The position numbers were made by a program, and so were the translations under genes. Source: Aulosira sp. ZfuVER01 (GTDB lineage: Bacteria > Cyanobacteriota > Cyanobacteriia > Cyanobacteriales > Nostocaceae). Taken from it: a stretch of 29,336 nt of DNA. The notes below the pieces were generated by a model. The model saw only the letters and a list, made by a program, of their open reading frames with translations. It made no database searches and was not told the DNA's origin. The stretch covers positions 1 to 29,336 of the forward strand of contig JAVRCV020000042.1 of assembly GCA_034530615.2 (NCBI GenBank), given 5' to 3'. This document shows, one piece after another, positions 27,211 to 29,336 of the stretch (the stretch's first letter is position 1; the number at the start of each line of letters is the position of its first letter).

Positions 27211-28581
27211 ATGAGCTTATCAAGACGTAACTTCTTCAAGCTCGCTGGTGCGAGTGCTGTTGGTGTGTCAATGCTCTCTCCTCTGGAAGCCTTGTATGCT
27301 AGAGTCGCTAATGGTCAAGTTGCAGGCGGAACTGGTTTTGGTCCTTTAGCGCCAAAGCTACCCGAAAATGCAGATGAACTCCAGGGTGTCATTCTGGGTG
27401 GTATTGATTTAGGCACTACTCCCATTTTGCAGCTTCCTCGTGGCTTTAATTACACAGCGATCTCAGTAAGAGGTCAGGCAATGAATGATGGTGGGACTGT
27501 GCCTGGGTCTCATGATGGCATGGCTGCATTCCCAGGTCCTAAGAACACTACAATTCTGGTGCGAAATCATGAAGTGAGTGCTTTGGGTTCTAACCCAGTC
27601 CGTGTACCTCAATCAAAACTATACGATCGCCTGGGTGGAGGCACGACAAATATTGTAGTTGGACCTGACCGTCGGGTAATCAAGCATTTTGCTTCTCTAG
27701 GTGGCACAATTCGTAACTGTGCGGGTGGCCCTACTCCCTGGGGTACTTGGATTACCTGTGAAGAGGACGTAACGCTTCCCTCACCTGGTGGAGCAACCAA
27801 AAGGCATGGCTATAACTTTGAAGTGCCAGCAACAGACGAAATTAAGGTTGTAGATCCAGTGCCTCTGGTTGCTATGGGACGTTTTAACCATGAAGCTGTT
27901 GCTGTTGATCCAGAGACTGGATGGGTTTATCAAACCGAAGACAAGGGTGATAGCTGTTTCTATCGCTTCCGACCTTACCAGAAAGGTAACTTGCAAAGTG
28001 GTGGCGTGCTTGAGGCGCTGGTCGTTGTAGGCGCACCTCGGGATACGCGCAAGAAATATCTCGGTTATAAGAATATAGAGTTATCAACCACCTGGGTTCC
28101 GATTAACAACGTTGATCCCAACACCGATAGTGGTTCTGCTTCAGTACGGGGGCAAGCCCAGGCGCAAAATGCTGCAATCTTCGCTCGGGGTGAAGGTGCC
28201 TGGTATGACAATGGTGTGATCTACTTCAACTGCACCAATGGTGGCGACGCTGGTTTTGGTCAAGTGTTTGCTTACAATCCCAGCAGAGGCACATTGACTT
28301 TAGTCGTTGAGTCTCCTGCACAAAGTGTACTAGACTTCCCTGATAACATTACAGTTGCTCCGTTTGGTGACCTAATTCTTTGTGAAGATGGAGAGGGAGA
28401 CAGTTATATTGTCGGCGTTAATCAAAGCGGCGAGCTGTATCAGTTTGCAAAAAACAATATCAATGATAGTGAATATGCAGGAGCCTGCTTCTCACCCGAT
28501 GGTAAGACATTGTTCGTCAATATCCAAACCCCTGGAATTACCTGTGCAATTTGGGGACCTTGGACTAGAAAACGTTCATAA
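27211..28581 (+). CDS. phoX: PhoX-family (DUF839) alkaline phosphatase, Tat-exported
   Basis: 456 aa; Tat motif SRRNFFK; HDGM, LVRNHE, NCAGGPTPWGTWITCEE, MGRFNHEA, TED, RGEG, PDNI, CEDG, FSPDGKTLFVNIQTPG. Confidence 0.85.
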   Translation: MSLSRRNFFKLAGASAVGVSMLSPLEALYARVANGQVAGGTGFGPLAPKLPENADELQGVILGGIDLGTTPILQLPRGFNYTAISVRGQAMNDGGTVPGSHDGMAAFPGPKNTTILVRNHEVSALGSNPVRVPQSKLYDRLGGGTTNIVVGPDRRVIKHFASLGGTIRNCAGGPTPWGTWITCEEDVTLPSPGGATKRHGYNFEVPATDEIKVVDPVPLVAMGRFNHEAVAVDPETGWVYQTEDKGDSCFYRFRPYQKGNLQSGGVLEALVVVGAPRDTRKKYLGYKNIELSTTWVPINNVDPNTDSGSASVRGQAQAQNAAIFARGEGAWYDNGVIYFNCTNGGDAGFGQVFAYNPSRGTLTLVVESPAQSVLDFPDNITVAPFGDLILCEDGEGDSYIVGVNQSGELYQFAKNNINDSEYAGACFSPDGKTLFVNIQTPGITCAIWGPWTRKRS

Positions 28582-28636
28582 ATAAGGGATTCATAACAGG
28601 TTAAGAAAAACCGAGATGTGTCAAGGGTTGAAGGCT

Positions 28637-28656
28637 TGTTCAGTAATCTCTGAACA
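28637..28656 (+). terminator. Small hairpin after phoX
   Basis: tgttcag-taatct-ctgaaca. Confidence 0.35.
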
Positions 28657-29038
28657 CCAATATTTTTGTTATCGGGTGCTGCAAAAAATTAAGACTAGTC
28701 AGTTGCCTTACCCTTGGCATACGCTTGCTTAAAATAATAAAGTTCGTCATATACTGTGATACTAATGGTAAGAATATTTTCAGATAAGCATTAAGTTTTT
28801 CAATGATGTATACAGCAAATAAGCTTTTTAATGCCAAGTTTGATGTTCTAAAGTTTTGAGTCTCATCAATTTTAGATAACTAAATTGGTACGCTATTCCT
28901 ATCACTTCCTGTTTAATCAAAACTTTATTTTAATTTTTAAAATCAATTTGGTAGTTTTATCAATAGTAAGGTTAAGTTTGCCCGTTACTTTAATATAATA
29001 CTCAAAGCTAAATCAAGTAGTTAAGAGAAAGTTAACAA

Positions 29039-29336
29039 ATGTCTAGCCGAAGCATTAATCAAAAATTTTTTCTAAAACCACCTTTAAATAAGGTAAAACC
29101 TACTGAGAAATTAACAAAAATTATGAATTTGTGGCGTCTGCACTTAATGGAATCAGTACCATTTGTAGTGGCGTGTGGAGTATTAGTAGGAGTCATCAGC
29201 CTGAAAAGTCCTGTTTTACTATTTTGTATACTAGTAGGAAGTCTAATAACAATAATTACCCAGAGAATCGGGAAAAAAATCAACCTACCAAAACGAAAAC
29301 TCATACCCCTGCAAATAATAGCAGTAGCCACCCTAT
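29039..29336 (+). CDS. 5' part of a membrane protein, truncated by the window end (not in ORF track)
   Basis: Open from ATG 29039 to the end: MSSRSINQKFFLKPPLNKVKPTEKLTKIMNLWRLHLMESVPFVVACGVLVGVISLKSPVLLFCILVGSLITIITQRIGKKINLPKRKLIPLQIIAVATL; two hydrophobic segments, a basic loop and the start of a third. Confidence 0.7.
   Translation, partial: MSSRSINQKFFLKPPLNKVKPTEKLTKIMNLWRLHLMESVPFVVACGVLVGVISLKSPVLLFCILVGSLITIITQRIGKKINLPKRKLIPLQIIAVATL

Noticed and set aside
28598..28976. Two isolated CTTAACCT (minus strand) as Pho boxes
   Set aside because: Single units ~370 nt apart, not in 11-bp tandem
28640..29331. Minus-strand ORFs 28640-28837 and 29059-29331
   Set aside because: Non-ATG or unsupported starts; the second is antisense to the more plausible plus-strand membrane ORF

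Overview
Chromosomal segment of a heterocyst-forming (Nostocales-like) cyanobacterium, judged from abundant HIP1 GCGATCGC octamers, STRR-type short tandem repeats, psaD, psbA and crtO. It is mostly core genome: a phosphoketolase-like enzyme, a CYP110-type P450, a DUF2993 protein, crtO, YidH, a lipoprotein, an unlisted psb34 small gene, thrS, DUF2605/DUF2973, an amylo-alpha-1,6-glucosidase with a GT4, a DICT-GAF histidine kinase (Hik2-like), psaD, trpE, a pentapeptide protein, an E130 (high-light type) psbA, an AT-rich PD-(D/E)XK nuclease and a Tat-exported PhoX. A frameshifted DUF4238-like remnant lies at the left edge and a truncated membrane-protein ORF at the right edge. No CRISPR array, tRNA, rRNA or transposase was seen. 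The most interesting signals are non-coding. (1) A 35-nt promoter module (31/35 identical) occurs in front of psb34 and again 14 kb away in front of a ~330-nt multi-hairpin non-coding stretch, a candidate RpaB-controlled structured RNA. (2) Three NtcA-type boxes surround two small DUF genes. (3) Three copies of an unassigned GGCWTATAWGCC palindrome lie upstream of the GT4 gene. (4) An in-frame ATG-GTT-TAG mini-ORF sits in front of thrS. All family assignments come from motif recognition, not database searches.
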